Shown one piece after another: positions 33,879-47,286 of a DNA stretch of 64,000 nucleotides. Each line of letters starts with the position of its first letter. Positions within the stretch are counted from its first letter, which is position 1. Origin of the DNA: Balamuthia mandrillaris (lineage: Eukaryota); the NCBI GenBank assembly GCA_031835245.2, contig JAVKOQ020000090.1, positions 62,001-126,000 on the forward strand, given 5' to 3'. Below the pieces are notes generated by a model, which was given only the letters and a program-made list of their open reading frames with translations, did no database searches and was not told where the DNA came from. Both the position numbers and the translations under genes were made by a program.

Positions 33879-34592
33879 ATGGAGAGCAAGAAGACAGCGT
33901 TGGTGGTGGTGGACATCCAGAACGACTACTTCCCCGGCGGCAAGATGACGCTGCACAACATGGAGCAGGCCACCGAGAACGCCGCCAAGCTCCTCCACTC
34001 CTTCCGCCAGAAGAACCTGCCCCGCTTCCTGGTGCGCCACGAGGCCGCCTCCCCTGAGCTGGGCTTCATGCTGCCCGGCAGCGAGGGCGCTGAGCTGCAC
34101 GAGAAGGTGAAGCCGCAGGAGGGAGACGTGGTCATCACCAAGAAGCAGATCAGCTCCTTCAACGGCACTGAGCTCGACGCTAAGCTCAAAGAAGCTGGCG
34201 TACGCTTTCCAACGATTCGATACTCAAAAAAAAATAAATCACACTCACTCAAACAACAAAAATCAATCAATAGGTGGAAAATTTGGTGGTTTGTGGAGCG
34301 ATGAGCCACATGTGCATTGATGGAACTGTGCGAGCAGCAGCAGATCTTGGCTACAAGTACGTAAAAGTCCTCATCAAGAAAAGAGATATATGCATTTCTT
34401 CTCATCTCTTTTTTTTTAATGCATATAAAAAAAAACAGGTGTACTTTGATAGAGGACGCTTGCGCCACGCGCGACGTGCAGTACAAGGACAAAGTGGTGC
34501 GTGCGGAGGACGTGCAGGCGGCCTACTTGGCAGCCCTTGGCTTTGCCTACGCGGAGATCCAAAACGCAGACGACTATCTCTCCAAGAATTAG
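33879..34592 (+). CDS. Isochorismatase-family cysteine hydrolase (3 exons)
   Basis: TALVVVDIQNDYFPGG, VITKKQISSFNGTEL, VVCGAMSHMCIDGTVRAAADLGY, IEDACATR; the D-K-C triad is present. Confidence 0.92.
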
Positions 34593-34655
34593 GGAGAAAA
34601 CAGAACAAAGGAGAGAAGGAGAAATAACTGAACAACAATCAAAGTGAAAAAGGTT

Positions 34656-37600
34656 TCATTCTTCGAAGGATACGTCGTCCGCTTCTTCTTCATCTGCGAG
34701 CATGGAATCGTCATCTCCTTCATTTATGTATGAATCTTGCTCTGATGCGTCTTCTTCTGGTTGTTCTGTGGAGCGGTCTCCTTCTGCTTCCTCCTCTTGT
34801 TCTGCTTCCTCCTCTGGTTCGTCCTCTGGTTCTGGTTCTTCTTCTTGTCCCTGTTGTTCTGCTTCTTGTTCCTGTTCCTGGTCTTCTTCCTCTGCCTCGT
34901 GTTCTTCTTCCAGTTCCTGTTCTTGATCATCTTCTTGTTCTTGTAGAACTTCTCCTTCTGCTTGATCGCCTTGCTCTCCAATTTCCTGTCCCTGTTCTTG
35001 GTCATCTTCTTGTACTTGTGGACCTTCTTCTTGTTTCAGCAATTGTTCTGCTTCTGCTTCTGCTTCTTCTTGTCCTTCGCCGTCATCTGCTTCTTGCCCT
35101 TCTTGCTTTCCTACCGCTTCTTTGCTCTGTTCTTCAGCATCGTGCTCATCCTCTAGTTCTATTTCTTGTTCTTCTGTTCCTTGTTCTTCTTCTTGTTGAG
35201 GTTCTGCTGCTTCCTCTTGTTCCTGTTCTAGTTCTTCTCTATGTTCCTGTTGTCGTCCCTGTTCCTCTTCCGCATGTTTATCTTGATCATCTTCTGGTGC
35301 TACTTCTTGTTCTTCTTGGTCATCCTCTTGTTCTTGTGGCACTCCTTCCTCTTTTGGTTCTACTTCTTGTGCTTTCCCCTCTTGTTCCACTTCTTCATGT
35401 TCAGATTCGTATGTTTGCTCTTGTTCTTCTTGCTCTACCTCTTCTTCTACTTTCTCTTGCTCTTGCTCTTGCTCTTGCTCTTGCTCTTGCTCTTGCTCTT
35501 GCTCTTGCTCTTGCTCTTGCTCTTGCTCTTGCTCTTGCTCTTGCTCTTGCTCTTGCTCTTGCTCTTGCTCTTGCTCCTCTTGCTCTTGCTCTTGGTCCTC
35601 TTGCTCTTCCTCTTGCTCTTGCTCCTCTTGCTCTTGCTCTTCTACTTCTTGTGCGTGTCCCTCTTGTTCTACTTCTTCATGTTCAGATTCGTATGTTTGC
35701 TCTTGTTCTTCTTGCTCTACCTCTTCGTCTACCCTCTCTCGGTCTGCTTCTTCTTGCTCATTGCTTTCTGCTTCCGCTTCTGCTTGTCCTTCTTCCTGTT
35801 CGTGTTCTTCCTCGGATGAAAGAATTTGCATTTCTTCTTCAGCAAGTTGTTCCCCCAGCTGTTCTTTTTCTTCTGCTTCGCCTTCGCTTTGGTCACTTTC
35901 CACAAGCATTGTGCCTTCTTGTTGTGCCTGCTCTTCTTCCTCTTCATTTTCTTCTTCTTCTTCCACTTGCTCTACACTCTGCTCATGTTCATCTTCTTTG
36001 AATTCTTCTGCGGCTTGCGCGTCTACCTCCTCTCCATACTCTTCTTCTGCCTGCACTTGTTCTTGTTCTTGTTTTTCTTGCTCTTCGCTTGGTTCTTCTT
36101 CTACTTCTTCTGCTTGTTCGTCTTCCGCTTGTTCTTCATATTCCTCTTCTCCGGACTGTTCTTCCAGTTCTTCTTCCTCAAGTTCTTCTTCCTCATCATC
36201 TTCCTCCTCTTCCAAACGATCCAACTCCTGCTGAAACTCGATTTGTCGCCGCTTCATTTCTTCCTCCGCAATTTTATCAGCTTGTGATACATTCAACCAG
36301 TTTCTTCTCTCCTCCGACAACGCTTTCAACGAAGGGTAAAGCTTGGTGGTGGAAGCCGGAGTTGCCAGAACAGAAGAGCGCATCGTTGCTGAAGGCTTCG
36401 AAGATGATGAAGAAGGCCAAATGGAGGAAGTAAGAGTTGTGTCCTCAGTTTGATTTAAAATCATTGAGTCGTCGAAACTGTCGTCATGGAAGAGAGAAGC
36501 TTGGTCTTCGTGCAGAGAATCGGGAGAGAGAGAAGCCGGGGAGGAAATCGGTGACGATGACGTTCTCAGGAAATCTCCCAATTGTGGAGGAGGCAGCAGT
36601 CCTTCATCGCCATCATCTTCTTGGTCGTTGTCAAACAAACTTTCTTCTTTCTCTTCCTCCCCTTCTTCACCGTATTCTTCTGTCTCATTCAAGTCTAGTT
36701 CTACTTCCTCTCCTTTTTCTAATTGTTCTGCTATCATGTCCAATACTGTCTTCAATAATCTCGCCAAAATAGAATTTCTTTCTTGTATCTCTTCTTCTTC
36801 CTCTTTTCCTTCTTCATCCTCTTCATCGTCAATTATGATGCGTACTTTTCCTTTGGATTGGGTTTTCGTTGATTTTGTTGTTGCTGCTGGTTTTCCTTTC
36901 ATCAGGTACTCTGTCATGATCTCCTGAAAGAGGTGAATGTTGAAGAGACCCCTAACTTCTCGGTTGCAAGCCGTCCGGAAGAAGACACCCTTCTTGATCG
37001 CCATCTCCACGTCTGCATCTGACACTTTGCCTCTCTCCCAATCAGCAGCTAATCTTCGCCAACTATTGAATAAAACATAGGAGAAAGGTGAGAAAAAAAA
37101 ACAACTGAAAAGAGTTCCTAATGTGACTTACTCAGTACAAAGAAAGGCTCGTTGCCATATCAATCGGAGCAGAGCTTTATTCTCGTCTTCGTTTCTCAGC
37201 TTTTTTAAGGAAGAATAGCGAATATTAGAAACAAAGCAAGCTAGAAAGCAGAGAAGAAATAGAAACAAACCAAATCAGAGTTGCGGAACACATCCAAAGC
37301 AAGAACGAATTGTTGAGCAGAAGGAGTAGCTTCTCCTATGAAAGCATCTATGATATCCTGGAATGACATAGGTGGAGACAAAGAGACATTTTGAGAGGCA
37401 AGTGTGCTGTCCCTTTGAGCTAACCGGTATTTCTCTGTATTGAATTTATTAGAAGTTGCACAAAGCACGAAAGAAACGGTAAAGTTAAAGGAGAGGAAGA
37501 AAAGAGAAACAAAAACGAGAAAGAGACATTGAAAAAGAAAGGGTGTACCTTGAACTTTGATGAGATAAAGCAACTGGTCAGCCTGTCCAATGTAGTTTTC

Positions 37601-40419
37601 TGTGTCCAGCCACCTTTTGTCACCTGGCCGACGCTCCTCCATCGAATCAGCGATACATGCTAACTTGCCAATGCTCAACAAAGTCTGAAACATGAAGACG
37701 CAATCCGTTAACTAACTAAGCAAACAAAAACACAAAACAAAACAAACCTTTTTACGACCAACTCGTCGGTCTTCTTCGTCGGCAAGATGCCGCAGCACTT
37801 TAGCACTACAACTATAGTTTCCAACTTTCAAAGCATGTATCCAAGCGTATTGTTGGTAGGCAGCTGCTTCCAAAAACTTGCTCAGTTGGTCATTATACTC
37901 TTCCGGTTGAGTTAATAAAGCTGTGCGTTTGCCTTTTGTGTGTTTGTATGAAGAAAAAAAGGTTAAATTATGGAGATTGAAGAAAGAAGCACGGAGGAGA
38001 AGGTTACTATTCATGATAAGCCACTGGAAGAGATGTTCTGCAAAATTATCTTCCTTGAAACGGTGCATATATTCCTGCAACCGTCTATTCTTATAGGCAG
38101 CAGTTTCCGTAGCCGACTCTCCTCCATACATGTGATGCTCCGAAGCAGAGCAGCAAAGAGCGATCAAACTGTCAAAATCCTTAAACTTCTCCGCTAACTG
38201 CACAGCGTAGTTTCTAGCCATAGCTTTTATCGATAATTCTTCCTCATCCTCCTCTTCCGCCTCTTCATCGTAGAAGCTGATGACTGATGTTGTTGTCTTT
38301 CGGTTGCTTTTCTTGTTTGTAGTGGTAGAAGTAATTTTGGCTAACGAACGGAAAGCAGAGATAGCTCGTGTGCGTGCTTCGTGAAAACGTTCTTCTAAAG
38401 TAGAATGCGATATACGCAATCGCTCTGCTTCTTCCTCGTCGTCATTCTTCTTTCTTTGCTGTTGTGTGATTCGTCGAGAGAGAATAGAAAGCTCTTCTAC
38501 GAAACCATCCAACAACATCTCCTCTAAATGGAATAATTGAGACAACATCATCGCCATCACTTGCTCTGTTCGCTCAAAGGAAAGAGCAGTGTTGGTACCG
38601 GGAATTCCGATCATTGGTGACGAAGACTTTTCTGGGTGAAGTTCTTGAAGGCTTTGAAGAATATGAACTGTCAACTTGGCTTGCTTGGAGAGTTGTGTGC
38701 GCAGTCGCTCAGATGACGTCCATGGCGCTTGCAGATATTGGGAAGGATAGTCTCGTGCTATAGTATTCGAACGTCGATGCTCCACTGCGGTTAACATAAT
38801 CGCCTATTTGATGTTTTTCGATTAGTTAAATAAGAAAAGTAAAGGAGAAAAAAGGGTAGGGAACAACAAAACATGAAAGAAAAAAAAAACAAGATAAAGC
38901 ATAATATACCTCAAAAACAAAATCAACTTCTTCAATAATAGCGCAAGCTCGTTCTATTTCATCGATACTGCTAAGATGAACTGCAGAAGGAGGAAGAGTA
39001 GCACGTGCTGACCCCTCACTTGAGAGCTGCGGCTCAGCAGTCGTAGATAGAATGGTTTGCGTAAGAATTGGTCCCAACACGTTCAACTCAAGGCCTTGAA
39101 GATGGCCCAGAAGCTCATCCACAGCGGAGACATGACTATAGAACATGTCTTCAGGAGCTAGACCGGTAGTTTCGCTCCAAAACTCAGAGGGAATGCTGCT
39201 GGAAGCCAGCCATAGTCGAATGGCCTTTTGTAGGAGTTCCATCTTTACTCGACCAGCTTTTACCCTTGCTTTGGATTGAGTTAGAGCATCAAAGTCGGGT
39301 CGTGCTTGTTCCTCTGCTGAGTCCTCTGTTATTAATTAGTTACATTAAAAGACTAAAAAGATACTTCTGAAAATAGGAAGAGGAACCTGTCTTTAGAAGG
39401 GCTTTAAGAGCATGTCTGTTGCTGGAAAGTTCTGCTGCTAAAGCGTTATGATGATCTCTCAGTGCTAGAGCACAGAAGGAGTAAGCTTCCAGTTCACACA
39501 GGAAAAATAAATAAATAAATAATAGAGGGTACATACCAGCAGCAGCTTGTAGCTTTTCTGAGTGCGCAAACAATACCAACTTCGCCGTTGTGGATATCTT
39601 GTCCCAAAGCTTCATCTCGAACAAAAATCCAATGAAAGTGGCATGCTTCTGAATCTTCTCTGCTAACTGCTCTCTCAACAACAAAGACTGAGCTTCCGAG
39701 TAAGCGCTATCCTTATCCTCCTCTTCTTCCTCTCCAATTCCACCCTTCTTGATATCCTCTGCCCATCGTGGATTGCTTTGAGGCTTTGCATCAACGATGA
39801 TGTTGCTAACACCTTGCACAGCGTTACTGAGCTCCTGCTGGCTGGAACGCATGGCTGCCATGAGAGGAGCTTCCTGAGGTAAAGTCTCGCCAGCAAGGTA
39901 TTGATAAAAGGCGGCCACTAAATGTTTGATCTGAACGTCGGCCACACGAAGGTCTTCATGCACTGCTGTCTGCAACGACGACGATGGGAGAGAGAGTGTT
40001 GCTTCGTTTTTATCGATGGGGGCAGGTTTTTCCTCCGTTATGTCACGTCGGCGTGGCACCAATCCGTATTGAGACACTGCAAGTATGCCATATTGAAGAG
40101 AAAGGAAGAGCGCAAAGACTTCATTGGAGGCCACTGTTTGTTGTCTTGTGGAGGAAGGAGAAAAGGCCCAAGAAGAAGGAATGCTGCCCCGAGGCATAGG
40201 ACCTGAGCCAGCCCCAATGATGACCTCTGATTTGCTGCCTTTGAGCGTAACCCAGTCCAAAGGGCGCTCATCTTCCGGCACTTTCATCAACACGATGATG
40301 GAGGGCCAGTTGACGTAGGCGCAAGGTCCTCCCGCTGGTACTACCAACCTTACCGCGCGTGCTGTCAATAAGTCCTCCTCGTCCACTGGCTGTGATTATG
40401 GGGTTGTTGTGTTAGATGA

Positions 40420-40466
<47 letters not shown>

Positions 40467-42000
40467 TTGCTTTCTCTCCTGCGAACGAAACCATGAAGAA
40501 CAGAGTACAATAAGAGGATAGGGATGCAGCAGAAGAAGATACCTCGGTAGGCGGTTGTAAATAGAGAAGGTTACCAAGTTCAGGTGATATGCCCTCTCCG
40601 CTATCGGGGTGGTAAAGTTTCACCTCCACAATGCAATAAGTGAAAGTACGTTCTTGTTGGGTGGAGTTGAGGTCGCTATAGGCAACCAGCACGTACACCC
40701 CTGTTTCGCCACGTTGCATGTCCAACAGCCAAAGGTCACCCACTCCCCCTCCTATCTCTTCTTCTTCCTCCTCTCGTCGAGCCCTTTCGAGCTCATCTTC
40801 CTCTATAAGTTTCTTTTTGATGAGGTCATGAAGCCCCGTTTCGTAGAGCATTCGTTCTTGAGTGCCCAAAAAGATCCTCCACCGTTGAAGCGAGGTTTCT
40901 GTCAACACAAACAATTCTGAGGATGCTGATGAAGAAGAACTATCCAATATGGCAGCTCCAGCCCCTTGTGCCATGGCCACCACAGCAGAAGGAGGCAGAG
41001 CTTTCCCAAAGGAGAACAGTCTTCTTCCCAAGCCGGCGAGCATGCCGACCGGTTTGACTATAGGTCGTGTGTTGAGGCAACATCCGGTACTGGGTTGCCA
41101 CAAGACGATGTGGAAGAGGGTTCCTTGGTTAGTGCCCAGTACGTGTCCTGCCTGGCCTAAGGAAATGAGACGCGTGGCCAGCAGTTTCTTTTCACCAGAG
41201 GACGAAGAGGAGACAGTGCTGCCAGAGGCGGAATGGACAGAGAGGTCTAGAGAGCTTTCAAGGGTGGTATTATGTTCCACGTTGGGCCAATATCGAATGA
41301 TACCTTCTCTAGAACAAACCAATAATCCTTTTTGTGTTGTTTATAACAAGATAAGGGAAAAAGAAGCAAGAGATAAATGGAGAAACGATCTAGAGGAGAG
41401 AACTAGACGAGAAAAGAACGCGATAAGAGACGGTAAGAGAAGACAAGAAACCTTTAACTCCCTTGGCACGATGACTGCCAGTGGCACCTTGACCTGGCAC
41501 TATAGCCACTAAGTTACCATCATAAGCGTATTTGGAGCTTGGCAGCTGGAATTGTTGACTATGGCCTTGCTCCTATTTTGTTTTTGTTTCATCAGTAAGG
41601 ACGTCTATTCTCTGCTTACTCTCCTCTTCTCCTTCCCATTTTACGTCGCAACTTCGCGCACTCTCTCTCTCCCTCTCTCTTGCGCGTTTTGAAACTAAGT
41701 AGGCCTACTTGATAGCCAATTTTCTCGCTCTCTCTTTCTCTCTGTCTCGTTATCTCTCTTCCTGAAGTAAAAGAAAGAAGCTTTCAATACCTCAACACGC
41801 AAATATTGCCAAAGGAACAAAGTGTTCCTGATGATAATCCAAGCAAAGCCGCTTGCTCCATCCACACTTCCGCTTATCGCTGTATACTCTTCTTCCTCTG
41901 TTCGTTTTTTGTATTGTCGTAAGCAAATAACAAAGGAAATCAAGAAAGAGAAGAGGGGGTGTGTGAGAGAGTCCGTGTGGGAGAGAGAAAGAGAGAGAGC

Positions 42001-42053
<53 letters not shown>

Positions 42054-42478
42054 AGAGTGTGTAAAGCACCTGTAATTGTGTTCAAATATTTGACGACAGC
42101 AGTGGGCAAAGGGCAGATCCCTTCCACGCGGTGTCGATCGTTCTCCTGCAGGACTGTGCGCTGATACCGGAGAGGCACGGCGGCGGTGGAAGGCGTGGTC
42201 GGGCCCAGTTTGGCCCGCTTGGCGCTTCCAGCAACAGCAGAGGAAGGTGCCGCTCGTGTTGTGGCCAAAGACAAGGAAGAAGGAGCAGTTGAGGTAGTAG
42301 GGGTGAAAGCATAGCGCGAGGCGGAGGCACCAGCAGAAGAGGACGGAGTGACCGGAGACGATGTAGCAGAGAACGAGGCGGGAGGCCGGACACGGCCTAA
42401 TTTAGAAGAGGGAGTAGCTGCAGTGGGGGTTTTTGCCCCTCGTGAGGCATAGGAAGGTAACCGAGCGTTGGAGAACAT
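34656..42478 (-). CDS. NUP133: Nucleoporin Nup133 with a long Glu-rich C-terminal extension (multi-exon)
   Basis: GFAWIIIRNTLFLWQY, VCSREGIIRYWPNV, LAEKIQKHATFIGFL, LAEKFKDFDSLIALC, WIHALKVGNYSCSAKVL...KK|TLLSIGKLA match recalled Nup133 blocks. Confidence 0.8.
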
Positions 42479-42712
42479 CCTCCGTGAATCCCTTCCCCAA
42501 TCCAATCCAACCAAAGAGTGAATCCTCTCCTCCTCTCTTCTTTCTTCGTTTTAAACTGAGCTCGGTTCGACTCCCACCTCTTACATTTATTTCCTTCAGA
42601 TGAATGAAAAATGCGCAGGTTCGACTCCCGATGCAAGCAAAAACCATTTGTAATAATCACGTCGTCACGGTTATCTATCGCGACGACACGAAAAGATAAA
42701 AATAATCGTTGT

Positions 42713-45396
42713 TCATTGGCTTTCTTTCTTTTTCTTTGTTGTGGCAACAGGAGAGGGCGAGAAGGAAGCATGGCCGTTCAACGGCAGAGCTTTGCGCGAG
42801 AACAGACTTTGGATGAGCCATTGAATGCTGACGAACGATATGCTTGAATGTCGTTTTTGCACAAGCGCAGGGCTTCCGCCTTCGAGTTGGGCCTTGTCAT
42901 CCCAAACAATGCAATCAAGTTCACGTGACGCCTCAAGAGAGAGCTGAGCAATGTTGCTCAGTGGAAGTACCTCTTGTGCTCCTCCTATTTTCAAGATCAC
43001 TCCCCAACATTTCTTTTACAAAATACAAGAAAAGGAAGACGAAACACAAAAGAAGGAAGGAATTGTTAGTATTGCAGAAGAATCAGAGTTTGGTTTTAGA
43101 CGACATAGTAAGGCGTACGATGAATGTTGCGGAACCAAGGAGACCGATTTTATATTCTGCAAACGTCTTTCCCGCCTCCGCTTCCTCTCTATTGCTTTTA
43201 TTAACAGTCAGTAATGGACAACAACAAAGAGACAAGAAAATAGAAGCGAGAGGGAAAAAAGGACAGAGGAAAGAATACGAGAGAACGAGAGATGAGTACT
43301 GATATAACAAGGAGTTAGTCTCCAAAGAAAAGCCAACGGGCAAGAGGTAGGGCTGTTGTGGCAACAGCTTGCCTTGCTCGCAGCTGTGAAGCACCCACCG
43401 ATAGTGGAGACAGGGTACACCCCACGCCACGCAAGCCAGATATTTGAAAGTGCGATGATGCCCCTTGCTTATGAGCAACATTCTTGTCCGATGAGGCAGA
43501 GTGTCATCAGTCTCGTCTTCCCCCCCTTCTTTTATTTGCTTCTTGCGTTTATCTGTTTCTGATGTTATAAGCAATAAGCAAGCAGGAATGGATACACAAC
43601 AATACTACTGAATGAAGAGAAGAAAACGCACTAGAAAGAAAGCGCGAGGGAGGAGCTAATGCTAGTTTTTCAAAAAAGTTTTTACAAAACTGTCCACCAT
43701 GTGCAAGAATGAGCGCTGTGACTTGCGATTCTGCATTATTTCAAACAAACATAGGTTAACGAACAGAAAGATAAGGGAGGAAACGGAGAAGATGAAGACG
43801 ATGGAGACCAGAAAGATGACGACGGGCAAGAATGGCCGCTGCAGAGTTTGGCGAGGCATCGCTTGTTTTGTTGCTGACTGTTGGCGGAAGTCCCGTTGTT
43901 ATAAAATAAAAGTCACGAAAGAGAGGAACAAACGTGGGCGTTGAATGCATGGAAGCAGAAGCGGAAGAAGAGACAGTAGCATTCGCTAGAGAAAGCTTAT
44001 TTGCAACTTGTTTGTTTTGAGGTTTGGTCTCGTTCGTAGAGTAAAGATAGGAAATGTTAGTAGTTGGATTGGAAGAAGTTGGAACAAGAAAAGAAGTTGC
44101 ATGGTGATAAGGATGCAGAACGAACGGTAGAGAGGAAGAAGAAGAGGCAACAATGGTAGATGAGGATGCTGGGCTCACTGCTGGAGTAGGACAATGCGAG
44201 ATGTAATGGTGATGAACTACAGACGAAATGATGGGAGGGGCATGAAAAGTGGAAGAAGAAGGAGAAGAAGAGGATAGGGAAAGAGAGGCTCGCTTTTTTG
44301 AAGGTGACTTCTTTGGCGGCGTGTTTTGTGTTTGTTTGTGGGTAGTTGTCGTTGCTACAGATGTGGGAGTCGTAACTATTGTGTGATTCTTCTTTTGCTT
44401 TGCTCGCAGAAGTGCAGGTGGAGGCTGCGTTAGTTCGATAACGCTGGCCTCCTCTTCTTGTCTTTGTTCTTTTTGCCGATGTTGCTGCTGTAGTCGTTCT
44501 TCTTCCTCTTCTGTCTCCTCTGCATCTTTCTCTCGTTCAATCTCTTTTTCTTCTGCACCCTCTTCTTGTCCGTGTTCTTCTCCCCATGGTCGTCGTTGTG
44601 GTTCTCTTTCATGCTCCAACGGTTTTCCTCTAAAGAGCTCTCTCATTTGTTGTGTCGACAATCCGCCACGCAAGATCTCCTCTCGTTTCTTCTTTGCCAT
44701 CAACGCTTTGTTTCCTCCTGCTCCTCCTTTTCCAATACCTCTCTTTCGCTTTCTTTGTTTATTCTGGCCATCTTCCTCTTCTTCTTCCTCCTCTGCTTCT
44801 TCCTCCTCAGAAGAGTATTCAGTTCTTCGCTTTACTTTGAGCCAGGTGCTGGAGGATGCTTTCGGTTGATGATGATGGTCCTCTTCTCCTAACCAATCCA
44901 TCAAGCTGTCTTTGTCTTCTTCTGAAGACAACTCCGCATATGTTTCCTCTCCTCCTTCGTCATCCACACATGAAGGAGCAGTTTCGCTATCGTGAATAGT
45001 AATGACTTCTCGTTCATTGTTGCTTGGCGTTGCTGTATGACACAAGTCTATTTCTTCTGTCTCACAAGCAGCGTTGTTATGTTGTTCGTCATCGGCTTGA
45101 GGTGAGTTTGAAAATGTATCCACTTGCTCTTCTTCGTCTTTCTCGCCGTCGTCGTCTTCTTCTTCTTCTTCTATTGTTGTTGTGCTGGTTAAAGCAGAGG
45201 AAGAAGTAGAAAGACGAAGCTTGAATGGCTTAAAAGAAGGAAGTGGCCGTTTTTGTTGAGGTATTGGTGGGCTTGACGGCGGTAATAAGGGCGTTACTCG
45301 TGCAGAAGACGAGGAAGCGGCTCGTTGGTTGCTGGCCTGCTTCTTTCGCTCAACTGAAGTTCTGGTGGAAGGCAGGTTAAACTTGGCAAAAGACAT
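42713..45396 (-). CDS. Tandem-BRCT protein (53BP1/Crb2/MDC1-like C-terminus) with disordered N-terminus
   Basis: LFRDFYFITTG..., RTFKYLACVAWGVPCLHYRWVLHSCEQGKLLPQQPYLLP; second BRCT ILKIGGA...VSIQWLIQSL. Confidence 0.75.
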
Positions 45397-45592
45397 AATT
45401 GAGTCATGCTTCCGCCAAGAAGCAGAGAGATGGCAGCACGCTCTTTCTTGTTTGATCCTCCTCTGCTTCTTTTTTTCAGGCTAGTTTGCTAATTTGATTG
45501 GACTTAATTCGGACGTTTCCAATGCGCATGGTATTGTCGACAAAAACAAGGCACACAACAAAAGGAAGCAAGGCAAAGAGCACCCTAACCAA

Positions 45593-46912
45593 ATGGAAGA
45601 AAAGGATCTACCCATGGAACTACTGTTTCATGTCTTCAGCATGTTGCCCGACGGGATGAAACCGGTGGCAGCCAGGACCTGCCGCCGGTGGTACTCCTGT
45701 TGTCCGAAGCGTTTTCGTCGGAGGCTGAGCCTCGTTACGGCGTGCGGCTCCTTGGCCCTTCTCAAATGGGCTCATCGAGATGAAGGTTTCCCTCTTGACG
45801 GTCGGACCTGCCGCCTCGCGGCCAAGAGCGGCAGCCTGGAAGCACTCAAGTGGGCTCGAGAGCAAGGGTGCGCTTGGGACATTTGGACTTCCATTTGGGC
45901 AGCCCAGAACGGCCACCTGGAAATGTTGCAGTGGGCCCGAGAACAGGGTTGCCCCTGGAACTGGATGACCTGTGCCAAAGCAGCGGCTGGCGGCCATCTG
46001 AAGGTCCTGCAATGGGCTCATGAGCGAGGTTGTCCTTGGGACGAGGAAACCTGCTGTTTCGCTGCCATGAACGGCCATTTGGTAGTACTCCAATGGGCCA
46101 GAGAGCAAGGTTGTGATTGGAATGAGTGGACTTGCGCTCAAGCAGCGAAGAACGGACACCTGGAAGTGTTACAATGGGCAAGGGAGCAAGGCTGTCCTTG
46201 GGATGAGCGCACCTGCAGCAATGCAGCTCGTTGGGGTCACCTGACAGTGCTGCAATGGGTCCGAGAGAAGGGCTGCCCTTGGAACGAGGAGACCTGCAGC
46301 GAGGCCTCGGAAGGAGGTCATCTGGAAGTTTTGCGGTGGGCCAGAGCGAATGGTTGTCCTTGGGATGAACGAACCTGCAGCAGCGCCGCTCATAACGGAC
46401 ATTTAGAGGTGCTGCAATGGGCCAGAGGGAATGGGTGCCCTTGGGACGAGGCCACTTGCGCTCTGGCTGCGGCCGCTGCTTTCGAGAAGAAAGGAAGCGC
46501 TTCTTCTTTGGAGGTGTTGCAATGGGCCAGAGCGAATGGTTGTCCTTGGAACGAGTTGACCTGCTATTATGCAGCCAAGCATGGCGACCTGCAGGTGCTG
46601 CAATGGGCCAGAGAGCAAGGCTGCGAATGGGACGAAAGCATTTGCAGTGCTGCAGCCACCAACGGACATTTGGCGGTGTTGCGGTGGGCTAGAGAGCATG
46701 GGTGCCCTTGGAATGAAGCCACTTGCGCATGTGCGGCAGAGAACGGGCATTTGGAGGTGTTGCAATGGGCCAGGGAGCATGGATGTCCTTCGAACGAGCA
46801 GTGCTTCGTACAAGCATCGAGGCATGGTCACGTGAATGTTTTGCAGTGGGCAAGGGATCACGGTTGTCCGGACTGGGACTCGGCTCCTGTTCCTCTGACT
46901 TCTGAGCTCTGA
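45593..46912 (+). CDS. F-box-like plus ankyrin-like repeat protein (GHLEVLQWAREQGCPWDE type), intronless
   Basis: DLPMELLFHVFSML...ARTCRRW, then ~14-15 repeats of ~25 aa (TCxxAAxxGHLEVLQWARExGCPW). Confidence 0.9.
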   Translation: MEEKDLPMELLFHVFSMLPDGMKPVAARTCRRWYSCCPKRFRRRLSLVTACGSLALLKWAHRDEGFPLDGRTCRLAAKSGSLEALKWAREQGCAWDIWTSIWAAQNGHLEMLQWAREQGCPWNWMTCAKAAAGGHLKVLQWAHERGCPWDEETCCFAAMNGHLVVLQWAREQGCDWNEWTCAQAAKNGHLEVLQWAREQGCPWDERTCSNAARWGHLTVLQWVREKGCPWNEETCSEASEGGHLEVLRWARANGCPWDERTCSSAAHNGHLEVLQWARGNGCPWDEATCALAAAAAFEKKGSASSLEVLQWARANGCPWNELTCYYAAKHGDLQVLQWAREQGCEWDESICSAAATNGHLAVLRWAREHGCPWNEATCACAAENGHLEVLQWAREHGCPSNEQCFVQASRHGHVNVLQWARDHGCPDWDSAPVPLTSEL

Positions 46913-47235
46913 CTAAGCAGGAGAGAGAGAAATCGATAAATGTCTGTAAAAATCGTCCACATTTTTTCCTTGTTTGGTGATGTTTCTTAACATATTTTCT
47001 TTGTAAGGTATTATTTTGTCACATACTTACCAAATTATGTTAAAAAGAACTTCAAAATAGCAACTACAATCAAAAAAATAGGAGTCGGATCCCCGTGATA
47101 AATGTCGACTCCTGGTGATCGACAATCGACAACAAGTTATCGACAATAATTGATAGTTAGTTGAGGAGTCATGAGAAAAGTTGCAGAAAACTCGTTGGTC
47201 GACATAAAACATTCGTCGACAAAAAAGACAAAAGA

Positions 47236-47285
<50 letters not shown>

Positions 47286-47286
47286 C

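Noticed and set aside
34730..36287. Long hydrophobic plus-strand ORFs (and similar minus-strand ones at 58162-60119)
   Set aside because: They are antisense shadows of Glu/Gln-rich coding repeats.
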